From an uncultured delta proteobacterium (GTDB taxonomy: Bacteria > Myxococcota > Myxococcia > Myxococcales > Anaeromyxobacteraceae): DNA of 64,000 nt. Of the stretch, positions 21,968-31,831 are shown one piece after another. The notes beneath the pieces were generated by a model. The model searched no databases. It saw nothing but the letters and a program-made list of their open reading frames with translations, and was not told where the DNA came from. The position numbers were made by a program, and so were the translations under genes. Numbering within the stretch: the first letter of the stretch is position 1; every line of letters begins with the position of its first letter. The DNA lies in NCBI GenBank assembly GCA_963845515.1, contig CAWJSR010000029.1, forward strand, positions 224,001-288,000, in the 5' to 3' direction.

Positions 21968-23999
21968 CGATCGCCTTCGCCAGCTCGCTCGTGCGAAAGG
22001 GCTTCTGGACGAACGCGACCGCGCCCTGGGCGAGCAGCTCCTCCCCACGCCCCTTGCTGGAGAAGCCGGAGCTGATGACCACCCTCAGGCCAGGGTGGCG
22101 GGCGCGCAACTCCCGGAAGCAGGCCCGCCCGTCCATTCCCGGCATGGAGAGGTCCAGGACGACGGCCACCGGCGGCGACGGCTGCCCCGCGAGCCAGTCG
22201 AGCGCCTCCTGCCCACCGGGGAGTTGCACCGGCTCGTACCCCAGGGACGCGAGGACGCGCGCCGCGGTGCGACGGACCAACTCCTCGTCGTCGACAATCA
22301 GCACGACGCCGGACCCGCGCGGCGCAGGAGGCTCCACCGGCTCGGGGTCGGGGGCCGCCTCCAGGAGCGCCGGGAGGTAGACGACGAAGCGTGAGCCAAC
22401 GCCGATCTCGCTGTAGACCTGGATCGTCCCACCGTGTCCCTTGACGATTCCGAACGCGGTCGCGAGCCCCAGGCCGCTCCCCTTCGCCTCCGACTTGGTG
22501 GTGAAGAACGGGTCGAAGATCCGCTCCCGGTGCTCCTGCCGGATCCCCACGCCCGAGTCGGACACCGAGAGCGTGACGTAGCGCCCGGGCGCGAGCCCCG
22601 CCGTCGCGCTCGCGGCGTCCACGTCGACGGTGTCCGTTCGGAGCGTGAGCCGCCCCCGTCCGGCATGGCGTCCCGCGCGTTGACGCAGAGGTTCAAGACC
22701 ACCTGCTGCAGCTGGCCCGAGTCCCCGCGGACGTCGTGCGCCGGCGCCCCAAGCAGCGACTCCAGCCGGATGGACTTGTCGAGCGTCCGCCCGACCAGTC
22801 CGGCGACCTCCCCCACGACGGCGTGCAGGTCGACGTGCTCCTGGCGATGGCGCCCGAGCCGGGCGATGGCGAGGAGCTGTCGGGTCAGCTCCGCGGCGCG
22901 CTGCGCTGCCTGGGTGATGGTGCGGGCAGCCTCCTCCGTGACGCTTCCGGGCGCCGCCTCCGCAGCCAGGACGTCGGCGTACCCGAGGATCCCGACCAGC
23001 AGGTTGTTGAAGTCGTGCGCCACCCCGCCGGCGAGCAGCCCGATCGACTCGAGCTTCTGCGACTGCCGCTGCGCGTCCTCGGCGCGCCGCTGCTCGGCGT
23101 GCGCCAGCTCGAGCTCACGCGAGCGAGCGGCCACCTCGCGCCGCAGCACCACTGGGAGCGCCACGACGCGATAGGCGAGCAAGGCCGCGAGGAACGCTAT
23201 GACGACCGCGCCGAAGGGGAGGAGCCCGGCGCCCGGAACGCTCCCCCAGCCTCCGCGCGGAGTCAGCCCCAGGGCCCACCTCTGGCCGGGCAGCCTGACG
23301 GTGACGGTCACAGGCTCGTCTAGCTCCAGGCCGCCGCCTCGCGACGACGCGACCCTCTCACCGAGCGTGCCGTCGCCATCCAGGCGAGCGATGGAGTAGT
23401 CATATCCCGCCTCGGTGAGCCTGGAGATCCGGCTCTCCTCCAGCAGGACCGGGACGCGGACGACGGCGCTGGAGAGCCCCCAGAACCGCTCCCTCCCGTC
23501 GACGGGGAGGAAAACCGGAATCCTGAGGGCCAGCCCCGCGCCGCCCTGGGCGAGATCGAACGGGCCGTAGAGGAGCGGCGCGCGCATGGCTATCACGCGC
23601 CTCGTGAAGGGGCCGTGCGTCGGGCTCCGGAGCAGGTCGAGCCCGCTTGCCGCCTCGTTCCCCTCGATCGGCCAGACGTGGCTGATCACGCAGTCGCGGG
23701 CGAGCTGGATGCTGAGGGTCCCCCCGCGCGAGCTCCAGCAGGCGCTCCGCCACGCCTTCGAGCTGCCGGTCGCCGGCGCCGTCGGAGACCATCGCCCCCA
23801 CCGTGGAGGCCGCAGCCAGCGCGAAGGAGAAGCGCTGCTCGATGGCGAAGGCCGATCCCTGGGCCAGCTCGGTGGCGATCTGGCGTCGCTTCGCGAGGTC
23901 CTGCCGGTCATGCAGCCAGGCGACGAGCAGCCCGGCTCCGAGCGCGAGCACGAAGACCGCGACCGCAACCATGAGTGCACGACGCTCGACGCCTCGCAT
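21948..23999 (-). CDS. hybrid sensor histidine kinase, CHASE-like sensor plus receiver (frameshifts near 23725 and 22645)
   Basis: TM-(GPFDLAQGG..RIPVF..FWG)-TM, GGVAHDFNNLL, NLCVNARDAM, PFFTTK..GSGLGL, receiver IVDDE..DLSMP..QKPF. Confidence 0.85.
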
Positions 24000-24047
24000 C
24001 GCGGCCATCTTCGTGGCTGGCGCGTGCTGGCGCAAGCACGGCCGGCG

Positions 24048-24977
24048 CTAGCCCTGCCCGGCCGCCACGAAGATCCAGCGGAGCGCGAGCCCCCCCACCA
24101 GGACCAGCGCGGGCGTGACGAAGCTCGCCTTGCGGTGGAGCTTGAACTCCAGCACCTCGAGCAACGCCGGTGTGGCGAGCCCCGCTGCGAACACCAGGAC
24201 CCAGAATGGCGCGGTGAACGTCCCGCCCAGGAGCAGCCCGACGGCGGCACGGCTCGCGGCGCCGCCCGTGGCGAGGCCGACGATGAACAGCGCGAGGAGC
24301 AGCACCTCGACGCCGATGGCCGCCAGGTCCCACCGCGCGAGCAGGTGGCGCTCCTCGTCGGTGACGGGGAAGAGCATCATCGCCGCCGCGCCAGTGGAGA
24401 GGCCGGAGACGAGGAACAGTGGCCCCAGCAGCGCCGACCCCCAGAGGGCCCGCGCGCCGAGCGTCGAGAGCAGGACGCCGGTGTAGATGCCGAGCCCCAC
24501 GCCCGCTGCGATCGCCGCGGTGGTGATGGCCCGCGCCCGCGGAAGCGCCCACTGCCGGACCGCGGCGACGCGCGCGCCCCACCCGCCGAGCTTCCCGCCG
24601 AGCCACGCGGCCTGGCCGTCGTCGATCGACGCGAGCCCCTGCAGGAGGGTCACGGGGTATACGACGAGCAGGATCCACGCACCCCAGGACATCGGGGAGG
24701 TCCAGCGGAACGCCAGGTAGAAGCGCCAGACGTAGAGCTTGTGCCCCAGGTCGAGGAAGAGCGCCACCATGCCCGCCGAGACGAGGGCCGGCGCCAGGAA
24801 CGGCAGCCAGCGGGCGGCCGGGGAGCGCTCTCCGCCGCGGCGCTGCACCAGCGCGGTGAGGATCATGATCCCGGCCGCCATGCCGCCGAGGAAGAGGTAG
24901 ACCGGGATCTCCCAGCCCCAGACGTGGAGCTTCGGGTCGATCAGGTGGCTGTGCCGCGCGATGTCGATCTCGTTCAT
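24048..24977 (-). CDS. psrC: polysulfide reductase membrane anchor (NrfD/PsrC family)
   Basis: WGWEIPVYLFLGG, DLG, SPMSWGAW, YTGVLL, GGLALRW. Confidence 0.88.
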   Translation of the reverse strand: MNEIDIARHSHLIDPKLHVWGWEIPVYLFLGGMAAGIMILTALVQRRGGERSPAARWLPFLAPALVSAGMVALFLDLGHKLYVWRFYLAFRWTSPMSWGAWILLVVYPVTLLQGLASIDDGQAAWLGGKLGGWGARVAAVRQWALPRARAITTAAIAAGVGLGIYTGVLLSTLGARALWGSALLGPLFLVSGLSTGAAAMMLFPVTDEERHLLARWDLAAIGVEVLLLALFIVGLATGGAASRAAVGLLLGGTFTAPFWVLVFAAGLATPALLEVLEFKLHRKASFVTPALVLVGGLALRWIFVAAGQG

Positions 24978-24992
24978 GGTCGTCCCTCGTGC

Positions 24993-26189
24993 CTATCCAC
25001 CACAGCCGCCACCACCGCCGCCCGCCTTCTTCCGCTTCGGCGCCGCGCCGCCCGCCGCCGGCTCGGCCGGAGCCGCCGGCTTCACGCCGGTCATCGCTGC
25101 GTACACCCCGGCGCGCAGCTTGAACGCCTCCTGCTCTGCGTACGGCGCGCCGCCCTCGATGGGCGTCGGCGCCGTGAGGGCCCACCCCTTCCAGGCGTCG
25201 AAGCCGCCGGTCAGGAGGAGGACCCGCCCCGGGGAGGCCATCGCGCCCGCCGGCGGCTCGGCGAGGTCGGCTGCCCCGACGAACACGAGGTCACGGCTCG
25301 CCGGCTCGGCGTCCAGCCCGAGCCCGGCTACCTCCGCCGGCTCCACGCACTCGGCGCCCGGGATCCGTGCGGCGCCGCACGCCGCGGCGCCCCGCACGTC
25401 GATGACCCGGACCGACCACGGCGCCTGGAAGACGCGGCGCGCCAGCTCCTCGACGCCGATCGCCCCTGCAGTCCGCCTCGCCGCCTTGACCCCGGTGGGG
25501 AGCGCCAGCGTCGCGACGGCGACGAGCGCCACCCCGGCGAACGCCCCGAAGACGAACCGCTTCGGCCGCGAAGGCGAGGCCGGGGCCGAGTCGCGCCCGA
25601 GCTTGCGCTCCACCCACTCGCCGAAGACGAAGCTGCCGATGGCCACCAGGGCGACTGCGAGCGCGAGCACGGCCGCCGGGATCCCGAAGACGTCGTAGAG
25701 GTAGAGGTGCCCCATCGCGCCGCTCTCGAAGAAGCGCTTGAACGCCGCAGCGTGCTCCAGCTCCGCCGCGACTACCTGGCCTACGACGACGCCGGCGTAG
25801 GTCACCACCGCGTCGAGCTTTCCGGAGGCCATCCCGACGAAGGAGGTGCCCGGGCAGTAGCCCGAGAAGACGATGCCGGCGCCTATCAGCAGCCCGCCGG
25901 CGATCATCGGCCACAGGAACGTCTGCGTCGTCACGAGATCGCCGAGCGCGCGCAGGTCGATGAGCCCGAGGCCATCGAGCGCCGCGGTCATGACGACCGC
26001 CGTGGCGACGGCGCTGAACATGACCTTCAGCATCACCATCTCGGTCCCGAAGAACTGACGCAGGAGCTTGCTCGCGTCGCCGAAGCCGGCCCGCTCCAGC
26101 ATGAAGCCGAAGCCGAAGCCGGCGAGGACCGCCAGCGCCATGGCCACGTTGACGTTCTGGACGGCGGACTGCAGCGGGAAGACCGTCAT
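24993..26189 (-). CDS. YeeE/YedE sulfur-compound transporter fused to a rhodanese-like domain and C-terminal GGCGG tail
   Basis: FGFMLERAGF, VMFSA, GYCPGTS; then IDVR..RIPGA..LTGGFDAW; ends KRKKAGGGGGGCGG*. Confidence 0.82.
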   Translation of the reverse strand: MTVFPLQSAVQNVNVAMALAVLAGFGFGFMLERAGFGDASKLLRQFFGTEMVMLKVMFSAVATAVVMTAALDGLGLIDLRALGDLVTTQTFLWPMIAGGLLIGAGIVFSGYCPGTSFVGMASGKLDAVVTYAGVVVGQVVAAELEHAAAFKRFFESGAMGHLYLYDVFGIPAAVLALAVALVAIGSFVFGEWVERKLGRDSAPASPSRPKRFVFGAFAGVALVAVATLALPTGVKAARRTAGAIGVEELARRVFQAPWSVRVIDVRGAAACGAARIPGAECVEPAEVAGLGLDAEPASRDLVFVGAADLAEPPAGAMASPGRVLLLTGGFDAWKGWALTAPTPIEGGAPYAEQEAFKLRAGVYAAMTGVKPAAPAEPAAGGAAPKRKKAGGGGGGCGG

Positions 26190-26702
26190 CGCCACTCCCT
26201 CCTCGCGAACCAGACCGTCGCGTAGCCGCCGGCGAAGATGGCCAGCATGAAGGCCCAGCTGCCGGCCGAGAGGAGGCCGCCGCCGGTGAGCGCCTGGCCG
26301 GAGGCGCAGCCGCGCGCCAGCCGCGCGCCGACCCCGAGCAGCACGCCGCCGAAGAGGGCGGCCCAGAGCCGCCAACCTGAGCGACGCCGTCGGCCCCTTC
26401 GTCACCCCCGGCTGCACGCGGCCGGCCGCGTAGGCGGAGACGAAGCCGCCGAGCAGCGTCCCGACCGCGAGGAAGACGTAGTAGTTCAGGAACGGGTGCG
26501 GCTCGGCGACGATCCGCGTGAACGCGGGCGTCGCGGACGCGTGGCCGGGAGCCAGCGCCGAGACCCCGGCGGCCGCGGCGCGCAGCGCCGGGCCGGAGGC
26601 CCCGAGCCCCCTGCCGATGACGAGGTAGGTCGCGGTCAGGACGAGCCCCAGCCCCACCCCGGCGACATAGGGGTTCCAGTGCGGTTTCGGTTCGTTGGGC
26701 AT
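26186..26702 (-). CDS. YeeE/YedE family small sulfur transporter subunit (frameshift near 26370)
   Basis: WNPYVAGVGLG, GRGLGASG, GARLARGCASGQALTGG, SWAFM; ATGA overlap with downstream gene. Confidence 0.82.
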
Positions 26703-26713
26703 GTCGGTGGCCT

Positions 26714-27256
26714 CTAGCGGAGGAAGAAGACCTGCGGGTTCGTGCCGGCCTCCGGCTTGACGACGTCGGCCCGGCGGGTCGCCACCAGCCGCGAGACCGC
26801 GCTCGCCGGCTCGGAGAGATCCCCGAAGGTGAGCGCCCGGGTCGGGCAGGTCGTGACGCACGCCGGCTCGTCGCCGCGCTTCACCCGGTGGAGGCAGAAG
26901 GTGCACTTGTCCACGAAGCCGTGCTCCGGATCCACGTAGCGGGCGCCGTACGGACAGGACGCGATGCAGGCCTTGCAGCCCGTGCACTTGGACCTGGTGA
27001 CGAGCACCACGCCGCCCTCCCCCACGTGGCTCGCGCCGGTGGGGCAGGCGCCGACGCAGGGAGCGTCGCCACACTGGTTGCAGCGCTCCGACCGGATCTG
27101 CATGGAGAGGTCGGGGAAGGTCCCGTGCACCTCCTGGACGATCCAGTCGCGGAACCCGCCGAGCGGCAGCGCGTTCTCGGTCTTGCAGGAGATGACGCAG
27201 GCGTTGCAGCCCACGCAGCGGCGGGTGTCGACCGCCATCCCGTAGCGCTTCTTCAT
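26714..27256 (-). CDS. psrB: 4x[4Fe-4S] electron-transfer subunit (PsrB/NrfC family)
   Basis: CVGCNACVISC, CNQC..APCVGACP, CTGCKACIASCPY, KCTFC..PACVTTCP. Confidence 0.92.
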   Translation of the reverse strand: MKKRYGMAVDTRRCVGCNACVISCKTENALPLGGFRDWIVQEVHGTFPDLSMQIRSERCNQCGDAPCVGACPTGASHVGEGGVVLVTRSKCTGCKACIASCPYGARYVDPEHGFVDKCTFCLHRVKRGDEPACVTTCPTRALTFGDLSEPASAVSRLVATRRADVVKPEAGTNPQVFFLR

Positions 27257-29494
27257 GCGACCTCCGGCCGCTCGAGCCTGACGAAGTTCACGTTCATGCC
27301 GGTCCCGCCCATGATCGGGTCGGTCTTGTAGCGGGTGGTGAGGGCGGCGTCGGAGCCACCGCGCCCGCGCGCGTACTTGAGCCCCTTCGCGGTCTGCCCC
27401 CAGCCGTGGACCATGAAGACGCAGTCGCCGCGGATCCGCTGCGTCAGCTTCACGCGGACGGGGCCGGTCCTGGCGCCGTCCTGGTTGACCAGCATCACCC
27501 TCTCGCCGTCCTCGAGCGGCCGATCCTCGAAGCCGGCGAGCGCGAGGGCCGCGGAGGCGTTGAGCCACACCTCGTTCTCCGGGTACGGGTCGGCGAGGAG
27601 CCGGTTGTTCACGGTGCGGCCGAAGGTGTGGAGCGGCGCGCGCCCGCTGAGGAGCCGGAACATGCCGGGGGGCCCCTCCTCCTGCGGGACGTAGTTCGGG
27701 AGCGGGTCGAAGCCGAGGTCCTTGAGCTGCTGGCTGAAGATCTCGACCTTCCCCGAGTCGGTGCCGAACTCGAGGCTCGCCCCCTCCTCGACGCAGGTCT
27801 GGATCGGGTCGCCCGAGGAGCACGCCCTTCGCGTTCAGCTCCTCCCAGCTCAGCCCGGCCTCCTCGACGCGCGCCTTCACGTACTCGACCCCGTCGGTCC
27901 ACGGGAAGAACTGTCCGAGGCCGACCTTGCCTGCCAGCTCCTTGGCGATCCACCAGCTCGGCTTCGAGTCGGCGAGCGGCTCGACGGCTGCACGCCGGAT
28001 GGCGATGAACGGCTTGCGCCAAGGCCCGTTCCAGAGGTCGTCCTCACGCTCCAGGTAGGTGCACTCCGGCAGGACGACGTCGGCCCAGCCGGCGATCTCG
28101 GCCGGGAGGACGTCCACCACGGTCAGGTGGTCCAGGTGCTGGATCGCCTCGATCACCTCCGAGCGCTTTGGGAGCGCCTGCATGAGGTTGCAGCCGTACA
28201 CGAGCCAGGCCTTGAGGTCATAGAAGGAGGCGCCCGGCTTCGTCGCGTCGCAGAGCCCCGACGCGAGGACCTCGGTCGCGACCGGGTACTCCTTCCCCTT
28301 GACCACGTCGGCCTTGGGCCGCGCCCCCTCGCGATGCGGGATCGGCGTCGGGAGCTTGTAGGGACCGATGCCCATCTTCTCCTGGAGGACGTAGCCGCCC
28401 CGCCGCCCCCAGTTGCCGAGCAGCGCGACCAGGATGGCCATCGCGCGCTCGCGCTGCGTGTCGTCGCCGTACCAGACGGTGTGGCGCCCGGGGTGGATGA
28501 GCGACGCGGGACGGGCCGAGCCGATGAGCCGGGCCGAGTCCCGGATGAGGTCGGGACGGATCCCGGTGATGGGCCAGGCCCACTCCGGCGTCTTGTCCTT
28601 GACGTGGGCCTTCAGCTCCTCGAAGCCGACCGTCTGCTGGGCCACGAAGTCCGCGTCATAGAGCTTCTCCTCGATGAGGACGTTCGCCCAGGCGAGGAGC
28701 AGCGCGATGTCGGTGCCCGGCTTGATGGGGAGCCAGTAGCGCGCCTTGCCGGCTGCCACCGAGAAGCGCGGGTCGACCACCACCAGCTGCGCGCCACGCC
28801 CGAGGGCGTCGGCGAGCTCCTGCACCTGGGTGTTGTGCATGTTCTCGCCCAGGTGGCTGCCGATCAGGGTGATGACCCTGGCGTTCTCGAGGTCGATCGG
28901 CTCCGGCGATCCCAGCGGCATCCCGAACGTGAGCGTGAAGGCCGCCTCGCGCGGTCCACGGCACTGGGCATAGGACGGCGCGCCGATGTTCGGCGAGCCC
29001 CAGGCCTTCATGAAGTGCTTGAACCAGCCGCCACCGGAGCCGTGGGTGAACAGCGCGAGCGCCTCCGGCCCGTACTTCGCCTTCACCTGCTCGAGCCCCT
29101 CGGCCACCTTCCCGAGCGCGTCGTCCCAGCTCACCTCGACGAACTCGTCCTCGCCCCGCTTGTTCCTCCGGACGAGGGGCTTCCGGAGCCGGTCCGGGTC
29201 GTAGAGGAGCCCGGTGGCCCCCGCCCCTCGCGGGCAGAGCATCCCGCGCGACAGCGGGTGGTGAGGGTTGCCGACCACCTTGGTGACGCGACCTTCCTTC
29301 ACGTGCGCGAGGACGCCGCAGTTCCAGAAGCAGAGCTCGCAGTAGCTCGGGACCACCTTGTCGCCGTCGGTCCGGGGGTCGAGGACGGGGTCTCCGTCGA
29401 GTCCCCACCAGCGGGTCCCGAGCCCGGAGACCACCGCGGCCCCCCCAGCGGAGGCCGCACCGATCCGGATGAACTGCCTGCGAGTCAACGCCAT
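27253..29494 (-). CDS. psrA: molybdopterin polysulfide/thiosulfate reductase catalytic subunit, Tat-exported (frameshift near 27810)
   Basis: TRRQFI Tat motif, CELCFWNC...LCPRG FS0 motif, SYAQCRG putative Mo-Cys ligand, HPGRH, ADVVLPECTYLER; C-terminal part in ORF 27253..27663. Confidence 0.88.
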
Positions 29495-29531
29495 GTATCG
29501 CTCCTTGCGCGCCGGGCTACCGAGGCGGGGC

Positions 29532-29825
29532 TCAGCGTGAACACTTCTCCATGCAGCAGACGAGGTCGTGCAGCGCCGGCTCCGTTATCCGGTAGCGCGC
29601 GAAGCCGTTCTCGCGGGTCGCTGCCACCAGCCCCTGCGACCTCAGGATCCTCAGCTGCTGCGAGACGATGGGCTGCGGGGCGTCGAGCCGCCCCGCGAGG
29701 TCTCCCACGGTCTCCTCGCCTGCGCAGAGGACCGCGACGATCCGTATCCGGAGCGGATGCGCCACCGCCTTGAGCACCTCGGCGATGTGCTCGGCCCTGC
29801 GCGCGTCCTTTCGAAGTGGCTTCAT
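29532..29825 (-). CDS. ArsR/SmtB family repressor, probably persulfide-sensing (BigR/SqrR-like)
   Basis: LKAVAHPLRIRIV, SQQLRILR..GLV; Cys in VLCAG and C-terminal CCMEKC; directly upstream of psrA. Confidence 0.85.
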   Translation of the reverse strand: MKPLRKDARRAEHIAEVLKAVAHPLRIRIVAVLCAGEETVGDLAGRLDAPQPIVSQQLRILRSQGLVAATRENGFARYRITEPALHDLVCCMEKCSR

Positions 29826-29833
29826 CGGTCACC

Positions 29834-29855
29834 TAGCGACATTGCTATGTCGCTA
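29834..29855. promoter_or_regulatory. perfect 9-4-9 inverted repeat, candidate ArsR operator
   Basis: TAGCGACAT-tgct-ATGTCGCTA, 8 bp upstream of the arsR start codon. Confidence 0.6.
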
Positions 29856-30099
29856 TGGCCCTATGGAAAATCCGGGCCAACCCGGGCGCCCTCAACCCCG
29901 CGTGAATGCTGGGCGTGCACCCGCGCGCACCGCAGGCGTTGCGTCACTACGCGCAGTCCGCGACGCGGCTGCGTCCCTTGCCCCGCTCCCCGGAAGGGGC
30001 GTGCGGCAAGGCGGCGCACGTTCCGGCCACTGGAGCGCTTGTTGGCCCCCCCGAAGAGGCCCCTGTCTTTGGGCGGCAGGGGTATCTACTAGAGGAAGA

Positions 30100-31425
30100 A
30101 TGGAGAGGGACTCGCCAGCCATGCCTCGAGGCGATGAGCGACTGCTCGGCGGACCGCGCCGCGTGGCGCCGCTGTTCATCGCCGTCACCTTCGTCGTCAG
30201 CGGCCTCCTATGGGTCGCCCTGTCCAACCGCGCGATCGATCTCCACGTCGCGGACCCGCGCGTCCGGGCCACGCTGCGCACGCTCGGAGACCTGGGCTTC
30301 GTGGCGTTCTCCGGGGTCATCCTGTTCGTCCTCATCTCCCGGAGCGAGGAGCGGCTGCGCCGCTTCGGGGACGAGCTCCGGGCCACCCTCGACAGCCTCG
30401 GCGACGGCGTGCTGGTGGTCGGCGCGAGCGGGAAGATCGTCGAGATCAACCGCGCCGTGATGGATCTCACCGGCGTCCGCACCAAGGAGGAGCACCTCGT
30501 CCCGGTCGCCGAATGGGCGCTGCGCATGAACCTCCGGCAGCGCGACGGAAGTCCGGTGGTCCCCGAACAGCTCTCGACGCTCCGCGCCCTGCGCGGCGAG
30601 CACCCGGGCCCATACGACGCCGTGCTCAAGCGCACCGACGGCAGCGACCTTCCGGTGTCGATCACCGCGGCGCCGGTCTTCGATCGCTCCGGCCGTCCCC
30701 GGCTGGCCGTCGCGGTCCTCCGCGACACGAGCGAGGCGCTGCGCCTCTCGCAGACGCGCGAGGAGTTGCTCGCCACTGCGGCGCACGAGCTCAAGACGCC
30801 GCTCTCGGTGATCAAGGCCCACGCGCAGCTGCTGCTGCGCCGCGCCGAGCCGGAGCCCGGGCTGCAGGTCATCGTCCGCCAGGTGGACCGGCTCACGCGG
30901 CTCGTGCAGCAGATCCTCGACGCGTCGCGGCTGCGGCTCGACAACGTGGAGCTGCGCTGGGAGCGGCTCGACCTGGCCGAGGCCGCCGCGGTCGTGGTCA
31001 CGGAGCTGGGGCCACGCCCCGGCGGCCATCCGATCACCTTCGAGGGGCTCGGCGGGGCGTGGGTCACGGCGGATCGCGACCGGATCACCCGCGTCGTCAC
31101 GGCCCTCGTCGACAACGCGCTCCGGTTCTCTCCGGCCGACAGCCCGGTCGAGGTGCGGGTAGGCGTGCGAGGCGGGGAGACGATCTTCTCGGTGCTCGAC
31201 CACGGCGTGGGGATCCCTCCCGAGCGGCAGGACCGGGTCTTCGAGCGCTTCTACCGCGCCCACGCGAGCACGCCCGACGACCGCGGCGGCCTCGGCGTCG
31301 GGCTCGACACGTGCCGCGAGATCGTCGCGCGCCACGGCGGCCGGATGTGGTTCCAGAGCGAGCCCGGCACCGGCTCCACGTTCCTCTTCGCCCTGCCGCT
31401 CTCCAGGGAAGGGGCCAGCGCGTGA
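30100..31425 (+). CDS. PAS-domain sensor histidine kinase
   Basis: Two TM segments, PAS, AHELKTPL, DNALRF, DHGVGI, FERFYR, GLGVGL. Confidence 0.9.
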   Translation: MERDSPAMPRGDERLLGGPRRVAPLFIAVTFVVSGLLWVALSNRAIDLHVADPRVRATLRTLGDLGFVAFSGVILFVLISRSEERLRRFGDELRATLDSLGDGVLVVGASGKIVEINRAVMDLTGVRTKEEHLVPVAEWALRMNLRQRDGSPVVPEQLSTLRALRGEHPGPYDAVLKRTDGSDLPVSITAAPVFDRSGRPRLAVAVLRDTSEALRLSQTREELLATAAHELKTPLSVIKAHAQLLLRRAEPEPGLQVIVRQVDRLTRLVQQILDASRLRLDNVELRWERLDLAEAAAVVVTELGPRPGGHPITFEGLGGAWVTADRDRITRVVTALVDNALRFSPADSPVEVRVGVRGGETIFSVLDHGVGIPPERQDRVFERFYRAHASTPDDRGGLGVGLDTCREIVARHGGRMWFQSEPGTGSTFLFALPLSREGASA

Positions 31426-31823
31426 CCGGGCGCCAGTTCGGCGTCCTCGTGGTCGAGGACGACGTCGACCTCCTCTCGCTCATGGAGCTGGTCCTCTCCG
31501 ACGCCGGCTACCGCGTCCGCACCGCGCCGGAGGGGGGGGCCGCGCTCCTCCGCGTCGGCGAGGAGATGCCCGGCCTGATCCTGCTCGACATGCGGATGCC
31601 CGGGATGAACGGGTGGGAGTTCGCACGCCAGTTTCGCGCGCGATACGGGCGCGCCGCCCCGATCGTCGTCGTGACGGCCGCGGAGAACGCGCGGGCGCGC
31701 GCTGCCGAGGTGGAGGCGGACGGATGGCTCTCCAAGCCATTCGAGATCGATGACGTGCTCCGGATCGTCGCGGGACACGCGGGCGCCGCCGCCGGGCACG
31801 AGGGAGCCCCCGCCGGGCCCTGA
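31422..31823 (+). CDS. single-domain response regulator
   Basis: VVEDD, LLDMRMP, VTA, SKPF; GTGA overlap with kinase. Confidence 0.9.
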   Translation: MTGRQFGVLVVEDDVDLLSLMELVLSDAGYRVRTAPEGGAALLRVGEEMPGLILLDMRMPGMNGWEFARQFRARYGRAAPIVVVTAAENARARAAEVEADGWLSKPFEIDDVLRIVAGHAGAAAGHEGAPAGP

Positions 31824-31831
31824 CGGGTGGT

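Noticed and set aside
24978..24995. Recoding (Pyl/Sec) at the TAG after GGCGG
   Set aside because: The next gene starts 15 nt later and no recoding signal is visible; an ordinary stop is the simpler reading.
24993..27074. Apparent single 693-aa YeeE-YeeE-rhodanese ORF
   Set aside because: The small YeeE shifts frame near 26370 and has its own stop at 26186; these are two genes.
26714..29494. Apparent 926-aa PsrA-PsrB fusion
   Set aside because: Product of the indel near 27810; the true PsrA C-terminus lies in another frame and ends at 27253 with an ATGA overlap.
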